Shown here: positions 1 to 12,432 of the stretch, piece by piece | Numbering within the stretch: position 1 is the stretch's first letter | Layout: each line of letters starts with the position of its first letter | From: Camelus dromedarius | Lineage: Eukaryota | Direction of reading: 5' to 3' | Length of the DNA: 64,000 nt | Assembly (NCBI RefSeq): GCF_036321535.1 | Contig: NC_087436.1 | Span: forward strand, 70,620,001 to 70,684,000 | Notes under the pieces: generated by a model | What the model was told of the DNA's origin: nothing | The model's database searches: none | What the model saw: only the letters and a program-made list of their open reading frames with translations | Program-made: the position numbers and the translations under genes

Positions 1-1311
1 TATCACTGTCATTTGCATTATTTAAATGTGCTATGTTTTTTATTTTTGGTTTGGTTTTGCAGTAAGAAGGGGTAAGATGGAAGTCAGTTGCGTTTTTTTC
101 ATTTCTTACTCCTCAGATTTACATCGTGAATCTTGCTCTTTGGGGTTTCACGTTTTTAACTTCTCTACTCCATTGCTCTGTCTGCATTCTAATGAAATGT
201 GTCTGATTGTCCTTCTGTGAATAGTGTTACTGCGTGCACATTTCCACTGGACCCAAGCATCTCTTTTCCTCTTGCTTTTTTTAAGTCCTGCCTTTACTTC
301 AATACCTAAGTAAAGTCTTGCTTTTTCCTGCCACTCATCTTTGGATGAGTGACTCATGTGAATTATACCTGTCTCAAATTCTAACACCATCTAAGCGCTT
401 ACTGTTTGTCACTTTACAGGGAATCACTTGTTTGTTATTGTGTGTCTCATCTTCTTTATGGGGTAGGGAGTTTGGGAAGGCAGAGGGTCTGGGGTGGAGG
501 GAGAGGCAGGAGTCTTGTAAGTTAGTTGCTGAGTGTAATGATGATGATGACTAATTGGGGAGAATCAACTTTTACTTATCTTGTTTCTCAAAAAAAATTT
601 TTTAAAGGCTGAGAAAATGACTGTGACTATGAGAGTTTCTCAGAGAAAGATGATTTCTGAAAGTATTGTTAGTATATTTTCATTCTAACAACTTTAAAAT
701 TTGTACGTCTTATCATGATCACTGACATAGTGTTTCATTAAGTTAACCAGTTGCTTGAAATGCACATTCTTGCCCAGCTCATACAGTAAAATTTTTTCTT
801 CAACTAAAACAATCATGTAAATTCTAATATTTCAAAAATAGTTTGCTCTTTCATTTGTTAAAATCCATTTACACATTTTTCTCATAATTGAAAGCTCAGT
901 GAACACAGTTACCTGCTGATTGACATAGCTTAAAGAAAAAACCAAATCTTTTTTTTTTTTTTAACAAAGTTTAGTGTGTCACAAGGATATACTGGAAATT
1001 CAACTGTCAGCACAGAAAGACACTCTATTGCAAGATGACATGATATTGCTTAATTTCCCAGGCATGGCACATTTCAAATCACGGACTAGCCAACATTCTA
1101 CTTTTAGACATGAGCTACCTCATTTTGTATGACATGAAATGGTGTGAAATTAGGGGTAAGGCAGATCAGACTTGGAAAGGATTTATTACTGAATGTGATT
1201 TATTATAGAATTTACGAGCTCTATACGTGATTAAAACTCTGTTTCACTTTACATTTTTCTTACAGTTTTGATTCCAAAGACCGCATTATGGTTAAGATCC
1301 AAGTATATAAT

Positions 1312-1335
1312 CAAATAAATAAATAAATAAATAAA
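1312..1335. repeat. (AAAT)n microsatellite
   Basis: caaataaataaataaataaataaa read directly. Confidence 0.9.
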
Positions 1336-2329
1336 GAACAAGTCAAGCTGAAACCCAGCTGTGTATTAAGATGACTTGTTTCAGAAAAACCTTTTGGTCA
1401 GAGATGAAAGAAGTTCATCTCTTCTCACAGTGTCTTTGGCTGCGTTACTCGTTGTTTCTCAAATGAAACTTACAGATAAAGCCTGTTTCCATATTAGCTT
1501 ATTTATGGCACTGAGAAATAAGCAAGGGGAATTTTAGAAATTTCAACAAGTACCCTCTACCTTGAAGCTTTGGGTGAAGAAAAACTCGATGCATAATTCA
1601 ATGCCTGTTGAATTATGATCTCTAAGAAGGCATCCCCAGACACTCTGGAGGAAGGCTTTGTTTAGAAAAATAACAATTGTCCCTACCACTTAAAAGAGTT
1701 GTGCAACTCTTTTCCAAAGTGTGGAATTCTCAGGGAGTATCTCTTTTCATCAGAACATTGTGAAAACATCCATAAAAAATGTGTCATGAAGGGATTTTCT
1801 TGGGGTGTGGGCAGTGTTGTTCTTATTTGCACATGTCTTTGTGGGAGTCCCTGAATGAAGTCCTGCTGAGGGAACGGAGTGCAGTTACTTCTTTTAAAAG
1901 ATCTTGATTCGTGTCACCTTTTGGTTTCCAGTTTTAAAAATTCTCTATAGTTTTTCATTTTCAACAGATGTGCTGAAGTAGCACAACATGTAGGTTTTGT
2001 TAAAATAAAAACCAAGAATAGATGAGAATTAAAGGCCCTTGGAAGAGTCTCTCTTCTCTAATGTCACACAGGGGCTCTGTGCTCCCATGCTTATCTGTTT
2101 CTTAGTCTGTGCTGTCATGGTCTGAACCATCCTATGGGCTGTATTTTCTCCATTTTAGCGGTGCCTTCTTGATCTAAACTCCCAACTTGTAAGACCTCAC
2201 TGTGGAAAGAATAGGACAAAAGGATTTAAATCAAAGGAATAGAAGATTGAGAGTCTTTTTAGAGTTTGTTGGATAATAGGAAACGTGTTTTGCTTAATGA
2301 AGCAGAAAAGTTTGGGTTTTATATAATCC

Positions 2330-2520
2330 TGGAGGTGTTGGTTCAAATCCTAGCTTGCTTTCTTACTGGCTGAGTGATCTTGTGCAGGTACTTAAATGTC
2401 TTTGAGCCTTAGAAAAAATGGGTAAAAACTTAGCTTTCATGTTCTTATGAGATTTAAAAAGAGGTAATATATGTGAAGGACACCAGGCATAGATCAATTA
2501 GGTGCTTAAAAAATATTACT
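2330..2520 (+). mobile_element. MIR SINE
   Basis: GGTTCAAATCCTAGCT...CTTACTGGCTGAGTGATCTTGTGCAGGTACTTAA...TTTGAGCCT. Confidence 0.65.
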
Positions 2521-2623
2521 TCCTTTTTCACACCTGCTTTCTCCTGCCTCTTTGTGAATGGAAGAGTAGGATCAACCATGAAACAGAGTTGGGGAAAATG
2601 AAACAAGTGAAATAAATGAAGCA

Positions 2624-2810
2624 ATAATATATTTGTAATTTTTGGTTATATATGTTTTTATAATATATATATTTGTAATGTATTTTTGGTTATATGTTTA
2701 TAATATATATTTATAATATATTTTATAATTTATAATATATATTTATATATTTATAATACATTTTATAATTTTTGGATAATACATTTGTAATATATTTTAT
2801 AATTTTTGGT
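2624..2810. repeat. AT-rich degenerate minisatellite / low-complexity tract
   Basis: Recurring units TATTTGTAAT, TTTTTGGT and TTTATAATATATAT with almost no C. Confidence 0.8.
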
Positions 2811-3189
2811 CCAAGAGAAAGTAGCAAAATAGAACACTGAGGAATTTAAAAATTTTTATTTAGGTCTGAATTTAGAATGATTCTGTATTAAATAGTCTCC
2901 ATGGGACATGTGGAGGTAGGATCATGCAGTGGTGTCTTCCCTTGTCTTCTGTCTCTCCTGAAAGTAACAAGTAATAAAACACTAGCCAGTCCTAGTCCTA
3001 GTAGTCTGAGTAATAGGATGTTAAGAATTATTTTTTCACTCAGAAAAACCATTGTGGTTTTGAAATCTGAGAATGTAGAAAGCTGATAAAGCACTGTGAG
3101 GGATCTAGGTAATATAAGACAGGTTCTGCACTGAAGGATTGTCACTCATAGCTTAAGACTGTTTTTGCAATGAGCCCAGAATCCTTAGC

Positions 3190-3590
3190 ATGCCCTTCAA
3201 AGCCTTGTGTTATCCTGCCTCATGTCTCTCTCCAGAGTTGTTTTGCAAGATTCTCTCCCTTGTTGACTTTGACCACACACACGTCCTTTCAGGTCCACTA
3301 ATGTGCCAGTTTTCCCCAGACCTCGGGCCCTGTGCACATGCTGTTTCCTTTCACTGAAATGCTCTTCCTGCCCAGGCAACTGGGTTTCCCTTTATTTCTC
3401 AGTAGAGGTTATCTCTGCAGGGAAGTCTCCTGGGATCCCTGGTTTTGGCTGGAGCTTGCATTGTAAGCTCTCATATGCTATGCTTTTCCGTCATGACAGC
3501 TACCACAACTATCATCCAGTAACTGCCTGTTTTAATTTTTGGTTAAATGGTTGTCTTCACCAGTCTGCCATTTGCTTCAAAATCGAAGCA
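3190..3590 (+). mobile_element. L2 LINE 3' fragment
   Basis: GGGCCCTGTGCACATGCTGTTTCCTTTCACTGAAATGCTCTTCC motif of the L2 3' region. Confidence 0.55.
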
Positions 3591-3594
3591 ACGA

Positions 3595-3775
3595 TGTCTG
3601 GCAAACAATGGCATCGGGCCCTAGGCTGCCTGTAGACTGTTGTTGTATGGCTGGCAAGCTAAAAATAGTTACAGTTTTAAAGAGTTGTTAAAAAAAAAAA
3701 GAACACATGACAGGGGCTGTATGTTGCCTGCAAAGCCTAATTTGGCTTTTCAAAGAAAAAGTTTGTTAACCTGTG
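3595..3775. mobile_element. MER58-like hAT-Charlie MITE
   Basis: GGCAAAC...GCCTGCAAAGCCTAA...AAAGAAAAAGTTTG terminal motifs of the MER58 family. Confidence 0.6.
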
Positions 3776-4009
3776 ATCTGAATTATTGCTATACACATTA
3801 AATAGAAGAACATAAGTATGTTTATATCTCACATTTTCTTTTCTGAGCGGCCCACTTGGTTGTAGTAAGGCATCCGTAGGGTCCATGATGGTGCCGTTGT
3901 AAGCACTTTGATGAACTGAGGTCTGTGTGACCACCACAGAGTTCTTAGCTAGAGAATCATTGTATTCAAGTGTGTGTCTTAATAACCAGTGTCACAGTGG
4001 AAGGAATTT

Positions 4010-4134
4010 CTTTATTTTTTAATTAAAAAAAATTTGGGGGGGGTAACTAGATTTACTTATTTATTTTTAGAGGAGGTACTGGGGACTGAACCCAGGACCT
4101 TGTGTGTGCTAAGCATGTGCTCTACCACTTGAGC
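4010..4134 (-). mobile_element. tRNA-derived SINE (camelid Vic-1-like), slightly 5'-truncated
   Basis: The minus strand reads AGCTCAAGTGGTAGAGCACATGCTTAGC...CCTGGGTTCAGTCCCCAGTACCTCC (Pol III A and B boxes) followed by an A-rich tail. A 12-bp direct repeat TGGAAGGAATTT lies at 3998-4009 and 4135-4146. Confidence 0.88.
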
Positions 4135-4249
4135 TGGAAGGAATTTTTAATGGCATGACACTTTTTAGCTTGTACTGTCCTGCTGAACAGATCTAGTAGC
4201 AATTTGGAGTAAGACCCAATGCTGGCTTATCAGATTCTCAGAGGACACA

Positions 4250-4720
4250 CAATTGACAAGGTTAGCTCTCTGAACTTTAAAGGACAGACTCAAGATGGAG
4301 AATGATCTTGAGGGACTGAACCCACAATGAAGTTAACAAGAATAAAGGTAAACTGTGTAAGTTCAAGCATGAAGTGGATAATGGGGGAAACCGTACTTTA
4401 TTTGGACAGAAAGTTTATAACATTCATCAGATTCAGATTTTCAAAGGGGCCCATTTTCAGAAACAGTTGAGGGGATGTGGTTATGGGAACTAGGCGGGGG
4501 GAAATGCCTGGGCACCAGCCTGAGAATAGTCGAAGTAACTCATCCATGACTCTTCGAGACGAGAAGGTTTGAGGGGTAGGAAGTTCGTGAAGGTTGCCTT
4601 CCCATGAAAGAGGATAGATTTACCGTTTGTTGCTCTAGACATAAACTTGTAATAGCAGGTATTTCACGGAGGCAGTATTTATTTTAATATAAATATGAAT
4701 TATATAGGAAATAGAGCTTC
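4250..4720 (+). mobile_element. L3/CR1 LINE relic
   Basis: AATGATCTTGAGGGACTGAA...ATGAAGTTAACAAGAATAAAGGTAAA resembles the CR1 RT C-terminal region. A CR1-like 3' end (TTGGACTAGATCGCCTTTGAG) follows near 5005, after an intervening L2 piece. Confidence 0.4.
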
Positions 4721-6068
4721 ATCTCTAATTTATTTACAAAGCTTTTATGAAGTCCTCCTTTGCACTAGGGACTTTATTAGGGATCAGGACTACAAAAACG
4801 AGGAGGGTCCACTCTCTGCTTTTAAGGTTTCTGATTATAGACTATGAGACAAATCTGTAAATAACACAGGGTGGGGGTGTCTTCTCCTAGAGAAGGGAGG
4901 ATGAATTTTGCCAGGGGCTGGGGAGTGGGCAGAGGTGACATCTGAATTAATTCTTGAATGCTTTTTTCTTCTGTATGTTAGGAATGTAGTTAATGGGTGA
5001 GAAATTGGACTAGATCGCCTTTGAGTTCTTTTAAGATTTTCTGATATGTTGAATGTCCAGTGACTGGCACCGGAGGATTCAAAAATTCAGAATTCAAAAA
5101 GAGGTAGAACTTGTCAGGGGAGTGTACTGGGGAATCAAGGGGTGCGCCGACCCTCCAGCTCCTCACTCATGTCAGGAAAGTGACCATCACCTCCTGGAGC
5201 TCAGTCACATCCCACCAGGGACAAATGAAGACCCTCTCAGGGAAGTTTTGGGACAGCTGTTGCCTGCTCTTGTGTCAGAACTTTCCTCTCCCCTTGATTC
5301 CCTTTTACTGCTTCTTCAGTATTTTCTATTGTTCTAATTTGGTGCGTGTTCTCAGAGACCTCAGTGAAGGGTACATTAAAAAAAAGCTGCTAAATAGATA
5401 ATAGCATGACTACTACGGATTTAATTACAGCGACACAGCTGTCTGTTTGAAGAGTTCTGCTGGGACCATGTGGTCCCTTGTACGTCCCAGCACTGGGAGG
5501 ACCTGGGTTAAATGCTTCCCAGCTGATAGCACTGAATTCTCAGAGAACTGCCAGCAGCCATCTGGAAGTCAATGGATGGTATGCTTTACCCCCGTTGTCT
5601 CTCTGTGGATGGGCATTTTATCGACAATTTCTTATTAGGCCCCAAGTAATGAGATATTAAAGCATCCACCCAGACAGGTCTTAAATAGTTATGTCTGCTT
5701 GTTAGTTTTACAGGCTGATTTTTGTTACCACATTTGATGCACTAAGTAAAAAGTACTTCTACATTTATCCAGTTTCACTCAATGACTTTTTTTTTTTTTA
5801 AAGCATTTTAATGGATTATTGTTTCCTGTTCCAGTGGTGTGGTGGGAATGAAAGTAGAGGAGGGCTCAAGAGAGGGCACTTGTGCTGGCCCTACTTCTGT
5901 TCTGGGAGTGTGACCTTGAGTGAATCCTCTAGTGATTAGAAGGTCCACTTGTCCCATTCCTGGAGCCACAAAAATCTTTCAGTATGAACACTGTCTAAAG
6001 GACTGCACCTCCAAGATGCAAGCGTGGGCCTTCTTTACATACTTTTTCAGTTCAAAGACCATCTAAGG

Positions 6069-6244
6069 CAGTGGTTCTTAAGCTTTTTTCATGTCGAGAA
6101 TGCACTTGAGTTTGTGATGAAACAATGGATGCACTTACCAGAGAAATGCACAATAAATGTGTAGGCACAACAACTTGCAAATAATTTCACAGTGTCCTTG
6201 GGCTTCCTGGGTCCCCATTGGGGACCCCAAGTTCAGAACTGCTG
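6069..6244. mobile_element. MER117-like hAT-Charlie MITE
   Basis: Imperfect TIRs CAGTGGTTCTTAA / TTCAGAACTGCTG and internal CCAGAGAAATGCACA...GGACCCCAAGTT. Confidence 0.65.
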
Positions 6245-9200
6245 CTCTGTGCTTTGAGAAGAGCCCTGCTTTTTCCTTTTGTTCCCAGAGAAGGGAACCA
6301 CAGGTGAGACGGAGGACACAGAAGTCTGGACCACCAGCCTTGAGGTTTGCAGGATGTGGAAGGCAGAGCCTTGCCGGCTCCTGGACCACACTGGGGTGGA
6401 GCAGATGGTGGGGGCGCTGAACAGTGCTCAGTCCTGCACAAGAAGAGCACTCCACTTGGTTGCTTGTCAGGCCATTAACTTCCAACTCTTGCCTCTGATG
6501 ATTCCACACTCCCACCTCTCATCCCTTGAACTTTTTGTTTTTAAAAGAGCAGTCCATGTTTTTTTATTAGCTACCCCGACTGGGATGTGTGCAGAAGAGA
6601 ACGCACACGAAACATCTCCCCTTAAACTATAATTTTCTCTTAAAGTCACTAATCCCATGATGCTAATTTTTGTTTTTTTTGTCTTTGTTTGGTTGTTCCC
6701 ACTGCAGCCCCTCTCTCCCAGTGGCAGCTGAAGATTGTGGAGCAGAAAGAACAGAAAAAGAAAACCCTATGTTTAGGGTCTTTCTTTTTGGAGTGGACTG
6801 TAGACTGATACTGCTTTTAAGATATTAATAGGTAGAGTGAGAGTGGAAGTAAAGTATGTCACCTTTTTTTTTTCCTGCTGAAAACAGTCGTTCAAGGACA
6901 AGGGTGTCATTCCAAGGGAATGCAGATAAAATGGTGCCGTTACTGTGAGCAGTTGTGTTACTTTTACAGGATAGCTGCACTGATCCACCCACGCTCACCT
7001 TCGCCTTCAGTTTATCTGATTTTTTTTAGCCTTACCATGGTGAAGAGATCTCAGCAACTCTTTCAAGTTAAAACTTATACATCTATACACTTGGTAGAAT
7101 TAACTTGCGTGGAGAGGTACTGTACTGGGTGAATATATGTTTTTAAGTCCATGATACCAACTGGGGAAAGAGATTTCTATCTGAAATCCAGAGGATTGTG
7201 AATTAAATGTAGTGCCAATATAACTTTATTTTACTTTATTCCTTTGGGAGAGAAAAACATTTTATTATTTTGCTGATCATCTGTTTACCATAGATTCCAG
7301 GATTACACTAACCCTAACCTGGCAGTAATTATTGTTACCACTATGCTATTTGAGGCAGTGTACTAAGAGCTTTTTACGTATCATCTGCATGTGGTGTGTG
7401 GTTTTCAACCTGCCTTACAGATGAAGAGGCTAAATGCAGAAGATAAGTAACTCTGGTCTTCTCAGCAACTATTGCTCAGGTTAAAATCCAGTGAAAATTG
7501 AGGTCACAGATATGTTTAGTGTTCAGCCAGATTTTCAGTGGAGCATCTGTTACTCATCAGTATTGGTGAAATATTTACTCTTGATGTCATGTGAGCTTTG
7601 GACCTTTGAAGAAATGTGGTCCTAGTCTTGTGTTCATTGTAGACACTTCCTTCTCCTTTACTCTCTCTATCCAGGCATTCAACAAGTCCTGTATATTCCG
7701 CCTTCTAATTTTTCCCAAATCTGTTTTCAACATTCTGTCCCCACAGATGTTCTCTTGGTTCAGAGCCTCATAATATCCCTCCATGTAACACATGGATTGA
7801 GGGGCCTGTTACTTGCTCAGCACTGAGCTTGAGGCAGCCAGGGTCAGGCTCACCCTCCCCGTAATTCTTGGCTAGAGTTTGGAGGCATAGGTAGGTAGCA
7901 TCTAAGGGGCATCCAGATAGAGGGCATTTCCCACCAGGTAGATTAATTAGTATTTCAAGTTTCCTTCTCTGCATCACAGAGCAGGTGACCTGCCTTTACA
8001 CACAGTGGAGTACATGGCACAATAATGAAAAAGAAAAAAGGACTTTTAAAAACATTATCTAACTCAGATGCACCTAGACTTTGCAAGTTCTTGATTTTCT
8101 TTAAATGGTTTTTAAAAGTGCTATTTTTTTAATGTGGATTTTCTGCTTTCCCTCTCTCTCTGTGGCTCATTTTATTTTATGTAATTAAATCCTGTTAAAT
8201 ACTTAAAAATGTGTTTATTAAAATTTTTAAAGGTTATCTGTACAGGGCCTAAACCATTGTAGATGCTTGACCCTGGTTTGCTGTGTAAAAGGTTTAGAAG
8301 TTTCAGGACAATTTCTTCTAAACTTTTGGTAGTAAAGTATATTCATCAGGAATGTAAGGGTTTCAGCGGGTAGTGAAGTGGGCAGAGAGCACATTCTGGC
8401 TTGGCCAGTTGGCTGTATGAGTTTCATGAAGTCCTTTAAACTTTCTGAACTTTAATTTCCCTCATCTGTAAAATAGTTAAATAGTACATTTCTCATAAAC
8501 TTTCTGTAAGAATTCAAGTAAAATAGTAAATGTGAAAATGTTTAAAATACTGTAAATAGCTAAAAACATTGATTTTTTAAAAATGATATAAGACATAGAA
8601 AATGTGACTAGAGATTTTAATAAGGTGATTTTCAACTAGGTCAGTACTTGAAATTTCATTCTATTTAGAAAATCAGAACTGATGGATTGTACTTAATGTT
8701 ATATTTAGTTTAATAGCCATTTGTAAATGTGCTGCTTTGCAGAGTCATTTGCATTAATGGTGGTGAGATGTCTATATTTGGAAAGAAAAATTAGAAAATC
8801 AAATTTTCACCCTCGGGGGACTGTTTTCATTTTGTGTTTTTAAAAACGGAATAAGCAAAAGTAGAAGAGTGTTTGAAAAGTAAAAACACGCAGCCACAGA
8901 GCCATTTGGCTTTTTGTCTTATTTAATTACTCCGCCCTCTTTCATGGCTTATACACTCAGGAAATCTGAGACCGTGCCATAAATGAGCACTAATAACATC
9001 CTATGTGATTGTCGAATGGTTGGATTCTGCAGGTGATCAAGCACTAGCTCCTCCTTTTAGGCCTCTTAGACATGGGGCCGATTAAATTTAGCCATTGGAA
9101 ATATTCTTCTAAATTACAACTTGAAGATAACCTGAAGGGTAATCATTGAAGACAAAACAAAAACCATTTACAGTAATTATTCTAACAGTCCTCTCTATCA

Positions 9201-10599
9201 CACCAAGAACGTCCGATTCCACGAATTAGCTTATGGGATAAGTAAAGGCTATCTGTATTTAACAGAAGAAGAAGCTTTGAGATGATTTGTCTTACCTAGT
9301 CTTGATATCAAAAGCAATTCCGGGCTTAGCTTATAAAACAACAATTCCTATCTTTTTCCTTCTTCCGTCATTTCCTTGTTGAGCAACCATACAATTTACA
9401 GTAAAGAAGTGAGATTTAGGAATGGAATGTTGGGGTGTGTTTGAGGTGGTATTTGAGCAGGCTACTTAGGAACACACGGACCCTGTCCTCAGCCCAACAC
9501 TCTCCAGGAGATCAAGTAGGGACATGTGTACAGAGAGGCAAGGGCCAAGGAACTCTTTATTACTGACTGAGGTTTTGACTGCAAACCCCACAGCAGAACC
9601 GCGGTGACCTAGGCAGAGCCTCCTGCCTCGTCTTGGTAGCTGTGAAGAACCTATAAGCGAAAGAGGCTGCTTGTACTTGAACTGAAGAGGAGGTCTGCTC
9701 TTTGTACTGAGAACCTCCTACTACAAAGAAAGGCCAGAACAGAGCTTTCAGTGAGAAGAACTATCTCCCTAGTGCCTGAGAAAAGCCAGTGAAGGTTAAC
9801 TGACTTCGAATTTGATTAGTTCCGATGAGTTCTTATCTCCCTTGGATGTGGGATGGGAGGACTGCTGGAAAGTTGGGGGAGGACGGGCCATAGGGACAGT
9901 CTTCAGTTAACCACAGAAGCCAACTGTAGGCAGTATAGCAGTCCCCACCTATCATACTCCAGGATTCCTGGAACTGGGGACAGTAGATCTGTTCCAAATA
10001 TATACACATAGTTCTTGGTAAGTCAAATCTATTTCAAAATTATCTCAGGGATTAGTTTTCACAAGGCTACTTTTGATGGATTGCTTCTTCATCCCAGCCC
10101 TGTTGGAGGCTAATTATAACCCAAAGGAAGCATACTGGATTAGGTTATATTATGTTTATGTTGAGCAGTGCAATAGGGTTTGCATGCCATTGGAAGATAA
10201 AGGCAGGAATATCTCACCTGCGACGTAGCACAGTCAGGTGGCCTCCCCCTTATTCATGGTAGAAAGAGAAAAGGCAGCAGGGAAGTTTGCTTTCTATGTT
10301 GGAGAAACTAGAAAGAAGGTTGGGGAGGAGTGAGCCCTACACTTTTTGTGTGTCTTGCTAGGTACTTTATCTCTTACCTCATGTTTTCAAAAGTCTTTGA
10401 CATATGAATTAGGGCTGTGGAGTATAGTTTTAGTGTTTCACTGCCCTTGATTTCCTTTTTTGAAAGTTTCCTGCCAAGGGAGCACTACATGTAAGCCAGA
10501 TTTGCAGTGAAACAACAGTTTATTTATTAAGACACTCATAGTATAATTGTTTTATTAAAGTAAAACATATTTGTGTTACATATATAGATGAAATCTACT

Positions 10600-11710
10600 C
10601 GATTTGTTTTTACAGCGTGGACAGACCTGTATAGTTGTCATTCAGATTATGAAATAGAACATGACCAGGATAGTATATTTGTTTTTTAAGGACATAATTT
10701 CCTTTCTTGTTTTTATTAATTCCTTCTTTATCCCTTCTTTGAGTTTCATTTGCTGTTTTATTCTTACTCCTTAAGATATATATTTAGATCATCAAACTTT
10801 AACTTTTCTTCTTTTGTAATATTTGCACTTAGGCTATGAATTTTACTGAACACACAAGTTTAGCTGCATACCACATATTTTGATATGTCCTGTTTTCATA
10901 TTATGAATAATTTTGACTTTAATAGGTCCTTGATACATATGCTAATCTCTAGGACATCTAGTTTGTTTTTAAAATGGATTCTGTTGAAATTCTCCATCTC
11001 ATCAATGTTTCAAAATATTATTAAGTTACTTCAAAATCTGTCTCTGGTAACTGTAATATGTGGCTCCTGTAAGTTTGTTTCTAATTTCTGTTTTTTCTTG
11101 GATGAGAAAAAAAATGACTGGAAAGCCATTTGATCTTGTCTACTAGTATGCTTAGTAATTTCTGATTGAATATCAGTGGTTTCTGATTGAGTATCAGATT
11201 GAGTCTCTGAATATTGAACATACATAATAGAGCTAAGTTGGTATTCTGGATAATGTTATCTTTCTTCAGAGATTGTTCTGTTTCTGGGTGGCTTAGGTAG
11301 GCCAGCCAACTTAACATTTAATCTGGAAGTGAGCTGACTGGAAGCTGGGTTTCAGTCTTTATGTGGATTGGTTTATTACTAGTTTGCCCTTATGCCTTGA
11401 GTCTTGTCCTTTAGGGGTCCCCACTAAATGCCTGGCATGTTTGCTTATCACTTTGAGACTGCTGAAGACTCTGCTCAATTTCTGAATTTCTGCAGCTACT
11501 TAGAAATCATCAAATGCCTTTAGAAGAAAATCAGAGCTGAATTTATCCTTACCTTTGGGCAGTTTCCTTCTTCAGGGATACTGGCTCCTTAGGCTTTTAA
11601 TGTCATAGTAACTTTCTGATTCATTTAAACAGATTACAGAAATCCAGCTTTTCAGTTTTTCTTCCTGGAAGGGTTGGTGTGATGTAAGTTAGTTTACAAT
11701 AGTTGGAAAT
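10600..11710 (-). mobile_element. Degraded ancient LINE-1 fragments
   Basis: Antisense L1-like motifs (GGCTATGAATTTT...TTAGCTGCATACCACATATTTTGATATGT) in T-rich sequence. Boundaries uncertain. Confidence 0.45.
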
Positions 11711-12293
11711 GAAGTCTCTGAGAAGTATTATTTAGATTGGAAATTTCTTCTTCACCAAATACACTGTTCCACACCTAAAACCACCCATACAGAATCCAAA
11801 TTCTGGGATTAACAGATTTAAGAGACACGAGTTATGATAGAGAAATATAGTTGAGCATATGAAACTGTCTCTGAGTCTACTTTTCTAACCAGCCACATGG
11901 ATTAAGATGTAAAGTCTTTTTCCATTCATTTGTCTTGCTGTAAGAGAAAACAGTTTCTTGTCTTCAAGGCACTGCACCCCTCTCATTAGAAAAAAGTCCC
12001 AATGAATCTGTCAAACTTTAATCCATCAAATTGGCCACCGGAGTGGGCAGAGGCAGAATCATCTTACCTGTGCTGAGTGAGAGAATACTTTTATCCTATC
12101 CTAATAGTTAATATTGCTGCATATCATAAATGAATAAATTCATACTCAGAAAGATTTACTGTGATGCTGTTTGGCCCAGGTATTCTCTCATACTTTTGAG
12201 TTCCTTCAATCTTAAGTTTCAACAGCATGTAATTATATCCCAATGCCGTATTTTAGGCACTGCTCAGGAGTCAGCCTCAGTGAGATTAAAATG

Positions 12294-12432
12294 TAGGGTG
12301 ATCATATTATTTTTTTCTTAGCCCAAGACACTTATGAGAGTGAAAGAAGGTGATATTAATACTTACTCCAGGACAGTGGGGTAAACTGGGGCTGTCATAC
12401 ATGTCACCAACCTGATAAGTATGGTGACCCTA
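12294..12432. mobile_element. MER94-like hAT-Blackjack MITE
   Basis: Imperfect TIRs TAGGGTGATCATA / TATGGTGACCCTA and internal GACACTTATGAGAGTGAAAG...GTAAACTGGGGCTGTC. Confidence 0.65.
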
